A DNA stretch of 61,705 nt, the filler included, from Basidiobolus ranarum (lineage: Eukaryota), in NCBI GenBank assembly GCA_040143965.1. It is 16 parts of 16 records of this genome, joined end to end, with 100 filler letters (N's around TTAATTAATTAA, not from the genome) between each part and the next. Parts side by side here need not be neighbours in the genome. Positions count along the whole stretch, not along the records: positions 1 to 3,779 come from JASJQH010009164.1; positions 3,880 to 7,657 come from JASJQH010009165.1; positions 7,758 to 11,534 come from JASJQH010009166.1; 13 more parts are not named here. One strand, written 5' to 3'. The position numbers and the translations under genes were made by a program. Positions 1 to 10,808 of the stretch are shown here, piece after piece (within the stretch, counting starts at the first letter, position 1; every line of letters begins with the position of its first letter). The notes below the pieces were generated by a model. It did not search any database. It saw only the letters and a list, made by a program, of their open reading frames with translations, and was not told the origin of the DNA.

Positions 1-1125
1 TTCTTGGGTTATTGGTGTAGCAATGTTAGCTGCTGCTTTTCCTCCTCATCAATTCGGTGTCGCTGTAGGAACCGCTATGAGTGGTCACGGAATTGGCTTT
101 GCTATTGGACCGACCATTGGTGGCCTTCTTTTTGAACATTCTAGTGATTCTTCTCCATTTATTTTATGCTCAGTGCTTTGCTTTTTTGACTTCTTGGTAC
201 GTCTATGCATCGCACCCAGTGACGCACAAATGAGGGAGATGTCAGATGCTATAGAGGAAGCTACTAGGGAACTTCAAGATAGCACAGAGAAGACTCCAGA
301 ACGAGACACTGAAAACATGGATAGCACAATAGTTGAGCAAAGACCTTTGAATATGCTTACAATGTTGAAGCATTGGCCTATTATCAAATGCTTCCTAATT
401 ACACTGTTATCTTCCTCAGCTTACGCATGTACTTATTTGGAATTCAATTTACCGTCACCATAAAAGATCTCTTTCTAAAGATATTTATTTTTAGGTGTTG
501 AACCTACGCTTACAATCTACCTTGGAGAAGAGTTTGGATACAGCACAGGCACCATCGGTTTGTTATTCATTGCGCTGGTGGTTCCAAATGTGTTCATCGC
601 CCCGATTTCTGGATGGCTGAGTGATCGCTTTGGACGCATGTTTGTGTGTAGTATTGGTTTGACCGCCTTCTCAGTGATCATAACTTTTCTGGCTGTTCCG
701 AAGGCCGCTTGGTCACTTGTCATTGTAATGATGTTGTGCGGTGCTAGTCAGTCCATGGTATGCTTCCTGTGACTTATTTGTTGATAAAAATGCCCAGGCT
801 TTAAACTAGATTTTAGGTAATGACCCCAGTTCAGCCGGAACTTGGTGATTATATCCGTAAGCTTGGTGGGGGCGCTTTTGCGCAGGCATTTGGTCTTTTT
901 AACATGGCGTTTAGTGGCGGTAAGAAGATGACGTCTAGGATTTTTAGTGTAGTAATATTTACTAAATCATTTTATTTTAAAGGAATGTTCATCGGACCGA
1001 TTATCGGAGGCATTGCTTATGATAGAATCGGATTCCTCTTCACTTTATTAATTTTTGCAATTGTGAATGCATTATTAATTCCATTTATCATCGCTAAACC
1101 TAAAAGAAATCCTGTAATTAGCTAA
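1..1125 (+). CDS. MFS transporter (vesicular amine transporter/DHA1-like), 5'-truncated, spliced
   Basis: Hydrophobic ORF pieces joined by GT-AG introns 429-494, 758-816, 920-982; motifs GFAIGPTIGG, GWLSDRFGR (MFS motif A-like), GMFIGPIIGG; stop at 1123-1125. Confidence 0.85.
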
Positions 1126-1325
1126 ATAAAATACACTACTTTTTTGTTAAATGTGCTAGCTAATGTGAATATATCATACGTACTTATCTTAAATAACGTC
1201 CTGACTACTAGTCTGTAAACAACATACGTACAGCTACACTATGCTTTATTGATGTTCCTTCGAGGTGGAAAAATGAAAGATATAGAATATTGAAAATATA
1301 ATATAAAAACCAACTTTAGTACTCT

Positions 1326-1766
1326 TTATTTCTGGTTTAATTCCTTCCATAGAGAATATACTATTGACTATGCTTCTTAACCATTGGTAATCGACGCTGT
1401 TCAACTGGTTTGCTATATTCTTCATAAAACGTTTGCAATTCGAAGTACTTTCTGTTATCCATATAATACTCGCAATACTCTTCACGAGTAGTTAAATATA
1501 TAACTTTCTTTGGGCTACAATAGTATAGAGCTCTCAAACACATAGGACATGGACGGCCAGAACGTAAATTTCACATTCGGTCTAATGTTCCGTTTTGAGT
1601 TTCATACAAGCATCTCTGCATGAGCAGTAGGATCGTTGGTTTGGGCTACAAGGTTAGGGCTCTCTACGACTATCTCCCCATTCTGAACTATGATGCATGC
1701 AAAGGGACGACCGCCTTTCGTCACGTTTTCTTAGGCCAACTCAACGGTACGTTCAGCGAAATCCAT
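1326..1766 (-). pseudogene. Intronless bacterial-type nucleoside/guanine deaminase (CDA-fold) pseudogene
   Basis: Manual translation MDFAERTVELA*ENVTKGGRPFACIIVQNGEIVVESPNLVAQTNDPTAHAEM..., then PCPMCLRALYYCSP...RKYFELQTFYEEYSKPVEQRRLPM; Zn motifs HAE and PCxxC; stop at 1731-1733 and several frameshifts. Confidence 0.85.
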
Positions 1767-2504
1767 TTTGGGCCGTCGATATGATTGTACGCAATAAGGA
1801 TTTTACAAAATCGTACTATTCTGGGGAAGATAGGAGAATTGTAGTTACACAGGGTAAAAATATCTGAGGCTTAGTACCGCTTGTTTAAAGAAATCAAGTA
1901 AATGGAAATGAATCACCAAATGGAAGTGCAACATTTCAAATAGTACGTGGAATTATAAAATAATGATATATGTTACCCTTTATAGATATATTCTTGTCAA
2001 ATACCTATAATTTAACTGGTTAATTGGTCGCTGATAATGAAATTGGCTATTTTATACTCGATGTGAAAACCTTCCAGCTATATACAATCCGGTTGGGGTC
2101 AAGGTTGTCCTAACCGGATGAAAATCAAGGAGTGATCTCAGTATGACATATTGATCATCTCAAGTCATGTAAGCATAATATTTCTCATCTTATCATCAGT
2201 TAATCTAATGGGTTCTACATTGTACTCTGTTGTCTGTTTCCGTCCACTTTCCGTTCGTCGTAAAAAAATGGAATAATCTTTGATATTGCTATTGGATAAT
2301 GGAGATCACGTGGTGGGAAATTGATCACCTAATGTCTATATTCGGCATTGAAATATCCGCAGATATATTAGCGTGGTGAAAGTGGTTTGTCCACTCTCAA
2401 TTTCTACTTAGTAATTTCCAAATTCCAAATCTATATATGATAATATATAAGAGCATTGAAACAGTGATGAGGTGATTATTCAAAGATAAACACATCATAT
2501 AGCG

Positions 2505-3779
2505 ATGGAGAAGAACCGCGCACTAGATCTACCTTGGCATTCTTTGGATCCAGAGTCAACAGTACAGACACTTCGCACAGACCAGGAGACGGGATTACGG
2601 AGCTCAGATATCAGTGATAAGTTAAATCAACATGGATACAACGAGTTGAGTGGTACTGGAGAAATTAAATGGTACACCATTCTATCATACCAACTTAAAG
2701 ATGCAGTCAATTATATCCTTCTTGCAGTGGCGGTAAGAGAATATCATTACCTTTTCTCGCGACATTGTTTGTAACTGACTAAATTCAAATTCGGTTGTAG
2801 ATCGTGTCTTATGTGCAAAAAGATTACATTTCTGGCACTCTCGTCCTGGCGATCACTATCCTGAACATATCTCTGGGCTTTCAACAAGTATATAGCGCAG
2901 AACAGACGATGAAAGCACTTCGTGGTATGTCATCACCTACTGCTCGTGTTCTTCGTGATGGTGAGGAGCGGGTGATAAACAGCCGAGAGTTGGTCCCAGG
3001 GGATATTCTCCTCGTTCAGGAAGGAGATTCAATAGCTGCCGATGTTCGACTGATTTACGTTTCAAATTTCGAAGTTGATGAGGCTCTTCTTACTGGGGAA
3101 TCAGAGCACGTTGTAAAAAGGTTAGTTTGATCCGCCAATATATAATAGGTAGTATACTCTCTAACCTAGTCGGCTTTCCCTTATAGACTAGACGCTCTTG
3201 AAGACAAAGACATACCCTTAGGAGATCGTACTAATATGGCCTATTCTTCGACCATAGCTTCTAAGGGACGTGCCAAAGGAATAGTTGTTGACACAGGTAT
3301 GAATACTGAGATTGGAAAAATAGCAAAAACCATTTCTGAATCTGTAGGTGGTGGGCAGACCCGTTTGCAGAAGAGGTAGAGGCTATTTAGTATTGATTAC
3401 ATACTATTTTCTGTTCTTAACATTGCTTGCTAGTCTGAATTATATGGCGTTATTTTTATTGTTGGTCGCTGTTGTTGTAGCTATCATTGTTATGGCGATT
3501 AGCAAGTTTAAAATAACGTAAGTGCCTCTGAAGTACATTCATTTTAACACCAATTAGCTGACAAAAATTGATCCTACTAGCTATGATATTGGAATGTACG
3601 CAATGACCGCCGGTTTATGTGCAGTTCCAGCGGGATTGACCACGGTTGTCACTGTTACCTTTGTCATCGGTGGCAAGGAGATGATTAAGCAAAAGGCCAT
3701 TGTACGAAAATTAAACTCTTTGGAAACACTAGGCAGTGTGACAAATATTTGTTCAGATAAGGTTTGTTCTCGTTATTTC
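2505..3779 (+). CDS. ENA1: P-type IID (ENA-type Na+/K+ efflux) ATPase, 3'-truncated at contig end
   Basis: Exons about 2505-2732, 2801-3120, 3187-3375, 3434-3517, 3581-3761; motifs [51 protein letters not shown] (start of DKTGT). Confidence 0.85.
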
Positions 3780-3879
3780 NNNNNNNNNNNNNNNNNNNNN
3801 NNNNNNNNNNNNNNNNNNNNNNNTTAATTAATTAANNNNNNNNNNNNNNNNNNNNNNNNNNNNNNNNNNNNNNNNNNNN
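3780..3879. other. Artificial contig linker, first of 15 (others at 7658, 11535, 15411, 19285, 23153, 27019, 30882, 34744, 38603, 42458, 46312, 50164, 54015, 57861; 100 nt each)
   Basis: Identical N44-TTAATTAATTAA-N44 spacers; flanked segments shrink monotonically from 3779 to 3745 nt, i.e. size-sorted contigs. Confidence 0.98.
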
Positions 3880-3985
3880 GCTTAGCAGCGCCCTCAGCCT
3901 TCATTTGCTCATTGCCGAGAACACTTCCAGCAGTTTCTTGAACGTAACCAGTAGCGTATTTGACGTTGGCGTTGACTTTATCCAT
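3880..3985 (-). CDS. CsbD/Hmp1-like small stress protein, copy 1 (3'-truncated by contig start)
   Basis: MDKVNANVKYATGYVQETAGSVLGNEQMKAEGAAK, near-identical to 5316-5600. Confidence 0.85.
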
Positions 3986-4265
3986 GTTGAGTTGATAGTA
4001 GTAATTGTTAGAAATATTTTGATAAACTGTATACCAAATTCACTTCAATTTATAATGAGATAAATCAATGAATTTGTACTTTCATTACGTCGACAATTTC
4101 TAGTATTCTGTATTAGTTTAGAGGTCATTGACCATGTATTATTCTATCATGTTTATTGGTTGAAAACTCAATTTCTGATGTCATAACGATTCATTTATCT
4201 GAAAGAAGATCCTTTCACCAGTGTTATGGTGTGAACGTAAAACTAACATCAGTAACAAAAATGAA
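3986..4265 (-). promoter_or_regulatory. Conserved upstream module of the CsbD-like genes (also 5601-5885 on - and about 6810-7105 on +)
   Basis: Three alignable non-coding copies directly upstream of an ATG, sharing TCATTACGT, a CCAAT box, TGATGTCA and TCTGAAAGAAGATCCT. Confidence 0.7.
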
Positions 4266-4420
4266 AACGTTTACGACTTTGTGAGACAAAGTTGATACTA
4301 GTAGTAAATTAATCAAGCTAAGATTTTTTGATTACTTTGTTAACCGACACACTTTAAATATTGGTAAGCGTCCTAGTTGAAGACACAATCAATTTTTACT
4401 CGGACTATAATCAACTCAAT

Positions 4421-4705
4421 ATGGATAAAGTCAACGCTAACATCAAATACACCACTGGTTACGTTCAAGAAACCGCTGGAAGTGTTCTCGGCAATGAGTA
4501 AATGAAGGCTGAAGGCGCTGCCAAACAAGCTGATGCTGAGTACAAGGCTGCCCAAGCTCAAGGATATACTCAAGGTGCTGGTGAGAAACTGAAGGGCAAT
4601 GTCAAAGACACCGTTGCCTCAGCCATTGGAAATGAACAAATGCAAGCTGAAGGTAAAGTTGGAGTCGCCAAGGTTGATATTCGCATGGATTCAAACTCCA
4701 ACTAG
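4421..4705 (+). pseudogene. CsbD/Hmp1-like copy 2 with nonsense mutation
   Basis: ATG at 4421 in frame; Gln codon changed to TAA at 4499-4501; 6-nt deletion (KQA-DAEY). Confidence 0.85.
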
Positions 4706-5315
4706 AATATTATTTAACTTTATAATAATGTATTTCGAAACAATTTCATTGTTAAATAAACCATGCCTAAACCACATATGTTAACTCTTCGTTTCAGAGG
4801 TTACTAATATCCATATCACACCATATAAACAACAATATGGGGTTCAGTGTCTAGAGCTTGTGGCAATAACATCATTTGGCAGTCATAGGCTAACCCTAAA
4901 ATTGGAAACATTACTCACCAAGGCTTATCACATATTTGTAATTTCGACATTGGATACCTAGGAAACAAGCTAGAAAGTAATGGCAAACTTATTCTCAGCT
5001 TGAAACTGTATGATTGCGCCTTATCGCTAGATCCCTCCTTCATAACTAGCTTCCCTATTTAACGCCTTAGGAGGTGGACTGCTGGCGTAAAGATTCGTAA
5101 GTCAAAACTAGCGTTTACTTCGAACACCCTTTAATGAAAGAAGGAAACATTGTCAACTAAAGCGTATTACTCATAGTTCTTTAACATTTTATCATCTATC
5201 TTTATGTTTACCTATACTGGTAGTATTATCTATTAGAAGCATAATATGGTGTAGAGATGGTTTATTTTACATTGACAAGATGGCTAATTATGATAATAAA
5301 ACCCTAGTGAAGATT

Positions 5316-5600
5316 CTAGTTGGCTTTCATACGAATATCTCCTTTTGTGGCCCCAACTATTCCCTCAGCTTGCATTTCTTCGTTGCCAATGGTTGAGCTA
5401 ACAGTGTCTTTAACATTGCCCTTCAACTTCTTACCAGCACCTTGAGCATATCCTTGAGCTTGGGCAGCCTTGTACTCGGCATCAGCTTGAGCTTGCTTAG
5501 CAGCGCCTTCAGCCTTCATTTGTTCATTGCCGAGAACGTTTCCAGCGGTTTCTTGGACGTAACCAGTAGCGTATTTGACGTTGGCGTTGACTTTATCCAT
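5316..5600 (-). CDS. CsbD/Hmp1-like small stress protein, copy 3 (intact, 94 aa)
   Basis: Two CsbD-like repeats (G.VQETAGNVLGNEQMKAEG / LKGNVKDTVSSTIGNEEMQAEG); hydrophilic, Gly/Ala/Lys-rich, intronless. Confidence 0.85.
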   Translation of the reverse strand: MDKVNANVKYATGYVQETAGNVLGNEQMKAEGAAKQAQADAEYKAAQAQGYAQGAGKKLKGNVKDTVSSTIGNEEMQAEGIVGATKGDIRMKAN

Positions 5601-5964
5601 GTTGCTTTGATTGTAGAATTAGTTGGAAGAATTTTAAAAATTGAATGTCATACTCATTCCATTTATAATGAGATAAGTTGACAAAATTGTCTTGAATTCA
5701 TTACGTTGAAAATTCATATTGGACATTGGTTTGGAGGACACTATTCACTAATTATTCTATCATGTTTATTGGTTAAAAATCTCAATTTCTGATGTCATAA
5801 CGATGCATTCATCTGAAAGAAGATCCTCTTATCAGTGTTAATGGTATGAAAATAATACTAACGTCAGAGTATCTACAAAAATGAAAGCGCCAGTATACGA
5901 ATTAACTTGATAAATCTACTGATAGCATTAGTCTTGGCTCAAGATTTTGATGAGAAGCTAACGA

Positions 5965-6070
5965 GCAATGTCAAAGACACCATTAGCTCAGCTGTTGGTG
6001 ATAGCTGTTGGTGAGCTAACGCAAGCTGAGGGAGAGGTTGGAGTTACAAAAAGAAGCTAACTCCAACTAA
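5965..6070 (+). pseudogene. CsbD/Hmp1-like copy 4, degraded 3' fragment
   Basis: GCAATGTCAAAGACACCATTAGCTCAGC...CAAGCTGAGGGAGAGGTTGGAG...AACTCCAACTAA aligns to the 3' half of 7106-7396 with indels. Confidence 0.7.
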
Positions 6071-6537
6071 AATGCTTACCCGTTTTGGAATATACTAGTT
6101 CAATACCACTTCAATGTAAAATGGACTATCTCTAAATCACAAATATATAAATACAAATATCTATAGTATTCTGAGTGTCTTCATAAGATACAAGGTAATG
6201 ATGAAGGGAAATACAACCAACAGAAAGCGAACAAACAGTCTTTACCTGATGAAATCTTTCCAATGAGTATTAAAATTTGCTACAGTATAAAAGCGAGTAC
6301 TGCAAGTTTACAATATTATGGCTATGCTCTGATATGAGAGTACCTCACAATTATTAAAGCTGGTTTAACATGTAAGCCGTGAGCCTCCTTGTGCAAACAA
6401 TCTACAACACATACACTTACTATATATCTGTAGGATAATTAGTCTCAGAAACGTAATACGCAGATATAGAGTTCAGGAATGGTTTATTTTACATCGAATT
6501 GGTATTGAAATAGTGCACTAAAGAGCGGGTAAGGATT

Positions 6538-6715
6538 TTAGTTAGAATTGGCATCCATGCGAATATCTCCTTTAGTGGCTCCAACTCTACCTTCAGCTTG
6601 CATCTGCTCGTTACCAATGGCTAAGCCAACGGTGTCTTTCACATTGCCCTTCAGCTTCTCACCAGCACCTTGAGCGTAACCTTGAGCCTGAGCAGCCTTG
6701 TACTCTGCATCGGCT
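6538..6715 (-). pseudogene. CsbD/Hmp1-like copy 5, 5'-deleted
   Basis: ADAEYKAAQAQGYAQGAGEKLKGNVKDTVGLAIGNEQMQAEG... intact, but the MDKVNANVKY N-terminus is absent. Confidence 0.75.
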
Positions 6716-7105
6716 TTGAGTTGCTCAGTAATCACATGGTTCTTATGAGCCAAGGCCAATATGCTAACAGTAGATTCATCAAGCTAATTTGTAAGTCGGT
6801 GCTTTCATTTCCATAGATACTCTGACGTTGATATTACATTCATACCATAACACTGGTGAAAGGATCTTCTTTCAGATGAATGCATCGTTATGACATCAGA
6901 AATTGAGTTGTTCAACCAATAAACATGGTAGAGTAATTAATGGTTAGTGACCTCTAAACTAATATCCAATATCAGGAATTGTCGACGTAATGAATTTATG
7001 TAATGAATTTAGTAACAGTTCATTGATTTATCCCATTATGAATTGAAGTGAGTTTAGTATACAGTTTATCAAAATATTTCCAATTCATACTACAATCAAC
7101 GCAAC

Positions 7106-7396
7106 ATGGATAAAGTCAACGCTAACGTCAAATACACTACTGGTTACGTTCAAGAAACTGCTGGAAGTGTTCTCGGCAATGAGCAGATGAAGGCTGAAGG
7201 CGCTGCCAAACAAGCTGAAGCTGATGCCGAGTACAAGGCTGCCCAAGCTCAAGGATATGCTCAAGGTGCTGGTGAGAAACTCAAGGGTAATGTCAAAGAC
7301 ACCATTGGCTCGGCCATTGGAAATGAACAAATGCAAGCTGAGGGTAAAGTTGGAGCCACTAAGGGAGATATTCGCATGGATGCCAATTCCAACTAG
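7106..7396 (+). CDS. CsbD/Hmp1-like small stress protein, copy 6 (intact, 96 aa)
   Basis: Complete ORF, near-identical to copy 3, with the conserved upstream module. Confidence 0.85.
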   Translation: MDKVNANVKYTTGYVQETAGSVLGNEQMKAEGAAKQAEADAEYKAAQAQGYAQGAGEKLKGNVKDTIGSAIGNEQMQAEGKVGATKGDIRMDANSN

Positions 7397-7761
7397 AATG
7401 ATCATTAGTGCTTTAATGTAGTATTTCGCTGCCATTACAATGTAAAATAAACAATCACTACACCATATACTGTTTCAGCCGAATATTATAACCACCATAA
7501 ACAAATAACTAGGCTGGTAGTAAAATATTATAGAACTGTCAGAAGTACTCTTGATTCGAGAATAATTCCCTCCTTCATTGAGGAGCTCTCGAAATACACT
7601 TTTGCTTTCTCCCTCTGATGCATCTTAGCGCCAATAACAAGGGCGCAAAATTCTGCCNNNNNNNNNNNNNNNNNNNNNNNNNNNNNNNNNNNNNNNNNNN
7701 NTTAATTAATTAANNNNNNNNNNNNNNNNNNNNNNNNNNNNNNNNNNNNNNNNNNNNCAGC

Positions 7762-10700
7762 ATGACAGAAGCCATTACTAGCACTTTTATTAACTCAAGT
7801 GTTGAAAAGCTTGATGGAGAAAGTTACAATATCTGAAGGTTCATGATGCATATCATGCTGGAAGACAGGGAGCTTTGGGATGTAGTCTCTGGAGATGAAA
7901 AGAAACCTTCTGACTCTTCTTCATTGGAAGCTTACAAGAAAACAGACAAGAAGGCCTTTAATGTCTTTTGTCCAAGTTTGAAGGACTCACAACTTGTGAA
8001 TATTCAATATGCAAAGACTTCCTATCAAGCTTGGCTTATATTGGAAAAGTGTTATGAAGCAAAGAGTATTGCTAATACACTCTTTCTCAGACAAAAATAC
8101 TTCAATATAAAGATTGAAAAGTCTGAAAGCATGGTTACTCATATTGCAAATGTGATATCTTTGGCAAAACAGCTGGAAAATATGGGTACAATTTCACAGG
8201 AAAAAGATGTCATTATGACTCTTCTAAGTAGTTCACCACAACAGTATTCAAACTTGGCCACAGCTTTGGAAGCAAGATATGACAAGTTGTCTCTGGAGTT
8301 TGTGGTGGCAAGGCTAATGGATCAACACCTCAGAAGTAAGAATTTGGAAAAAAATTTGAGGAAGTGGCTCTTTTTGGAGCTGGATAATGTAGCTTTGGCA
8401 TGTACAAAGGTTACAACAGATGAAAACCAGGTTTATGCAGCAGTAGTAACAAACAAGGACACCAGATAAAAGATTGCAAATCAAGCAATTACAACAAAAG
8501 TGAGATGTCAGAATAAGCAGATCTGGTTTCAACCAAAGAGGAAGTTTTACTTGTTTCTGCCCTATCAGTGACCTCTGAACAAGACCATAGGTTGTAGTAT
8601 ATTAATTCTGGAGCCTCTCAACATTTCTCTAATCAAAAAAACTGGTTTAAGACACTCAAAACTGACAGAAACATGAAGGTGTATATGGGAGATGACCAGC
8701 TACTAGAAGCTCTGGGAGTGGGAGAAATTCAAGTGGATCTTGGGGGTATCTCTGGGGACATGTATTTGACACTGAAAAATGTGCTTTATGTGCCTGGGAT
8801 AGCGAAAAGTTTGTTGTCAATGAGTAAAGCTACATCTGAAGGATATAGCTTCAATTTTGATCAAAGTGGCTGTACAATCAGGGATCAAAAAGGGAATTAC
8901 ATAGCTTCTGGAGCTAAGCAAAATAACTTGTATTAACTCCATTATATTAGGTCAATATATGAACAAGTCAATATTGGCACAGCTGACAAGATAGACTGGA
9001 AAATCTGGCATAGGAGATAGGGTCATCTAGGAGCCAAAAATCAAGAAATTAAATCAAAAACAAGGTGGTTTTGGGACTAAATTTTGTAATTCCACTGGAT
9101 CTGGAGCTATGTGAAGGTTGCTTATATGGTAGGCAACACAGACAGCCATTTGTGGGCTTGGGAATGAGCAAAATTGGTCACAAATTGGGCCTGATACACT
9201 CTGATCTGTATGGCCCAATGGAGACAAAATCTCTAGGTGGAAAAAAGGTATTTTATGACCTTAATTGATGATGAGACAAAATACACCAGGGTGCACTTTC
9301 TAGCCAGTAAGGATGAAGCCTTTGATACCTTCAAGAAATTCAAAGCAATGGTGGAGATTGAAACAGGTCTAAAGATTATCTGTACTGATAATGGAGGGGA
9401 ATATAACTCAAAACTCTTCTCTAATTTCTGCTCAACACATGGAACAAAACAGCAGACTACAGTGCCAAATTCTCCACAGCAGAATGGAGGAGTAGAATGT
9501 GCAAACAGATTAATAATGGAAAAGGTAAGATCAATGCTTCATGATCAAGATATACCAAAACAGTTATGGGCTGAATTGGTTGCAACTGCAGTATATATTA
9601 GGAATAGATACACTTCTGGGTCTCTATTGGCTATGACACCATATCAAGCTTGGCTTGGACATAAACCTGATGTGGCTAATATCAGAGTTCTTGGATGTTC
9701 TGCATTTGCAATGATTCCAGACCAGAAGAGATCAAAATTAGACCAAAAAAGCAAGAAATGTCTTTTTTTGGGATACTGTGATGGAACAAAATGGTACAGA
9801 ATATATGACACTAAAAATAAGAGGCTAATCAAGTCAAGGGACATGCAAGTTGATGAAGAAGAAAATTCTTCAATCACAACAATCCAGGATCAAGAAAAAC
9901 AACCAAAAATTGATGAAAATTCTTCATTTTCTCACCAGATCCTGATCAGTGAGAAAATCGTTGAAAATTCCTCTCCTGCACTCTCCTCAACCAAGCCTGA
10001 GGTGGTCTGATTGCATAAATTGGTACCAGAAGCTGTAGTGCCAATTTCCCATCTTAGGAGATCCAATTGAATGAGATCTCCTCCTGATTACTACTCTCAC
10101 ACTAGCTAAAAGGAGCCTAGTGCTAATTTAGCCTTTCTGATGATCCCAAATCAGTACAGTAGGCTATGGAAAGTCCCAACACAGAGTTTTGGAGTGCTGC
10201 AACAGCAGACAAGTATCAGTCATTCATAGGTAACCAAACTTGGGCTTTATTCTAGTTACCTGAGGACCAAAAATCAATTGGATGCAAATGGGTGTCTAAA
10301 GTAAAACAGCAAGCTGCTGCATCTGCAGAGAGATATAAGGCCAGACTTGCGGCTAAAGGATACTCTCAAATGGAAGGTGTAGACTACAATGAGACATTTG
10401 CTCCTGTAGCAAAGTTTAAATCCATCAGAACCATACTACCAGTAGCAGCAAAACACAGCTTAAAAATCCATCAAATGGTTGTTAAAACAGCTTTTTTGAA
10501 TGGGGTCTTGGGAGAGGATATATTCATGGATCAGCCAGATGGTTTTGTGAATCCTGAGCACCCTGAGGACTTGTGTAAGCTTCAATACTCACTTTACGGA
10601 CTTAAACCATCACCCAGGGCCTGGTACACTAAGATAGACACATACTTGGAATCACTTGATTTCCAAAAGAGTATGGGTGATTTTGGGATCTACTTTAAGA

Positions 10701-10808
10701 CAGATAAAGATGGGAAGGTGATACTTGCCATATTTGTAGATGATCTGATTATAGCTACCAATAATGATGAAGCTTTAAGGAACACCAAAAGAGATCTATC
10801 AGTGTAAT
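7762..10808 (+). mobile_element. Ty1/Copia gag-pol remnant (gag, protease, integrase, part of RT)
   Basis: KLDGESY..RELWDVVSG (gag), INSGASQH (protease), LIHSDLYGP / TDNGGEY / PQQNGG (integrase), RYKARLAAKGYSQ / SLYGLK / IFVDDLII (RT); many stops and frameshifts. Confidence 0.95.

Noticed and set aside
3824..3835. Regularly spaced TTAATTAATTAA palindrome and ORFs ending in X-runs/LIN
   Set aside because: Synthetic stop-codon linker inside N runs
4373..7435. ORFs 4373-4573, 4599-4784, 5442-5681, 7085-7435, 7224-7421
   Set aside because: Antisense or alternative-frame shadows of the CsbD-like genes
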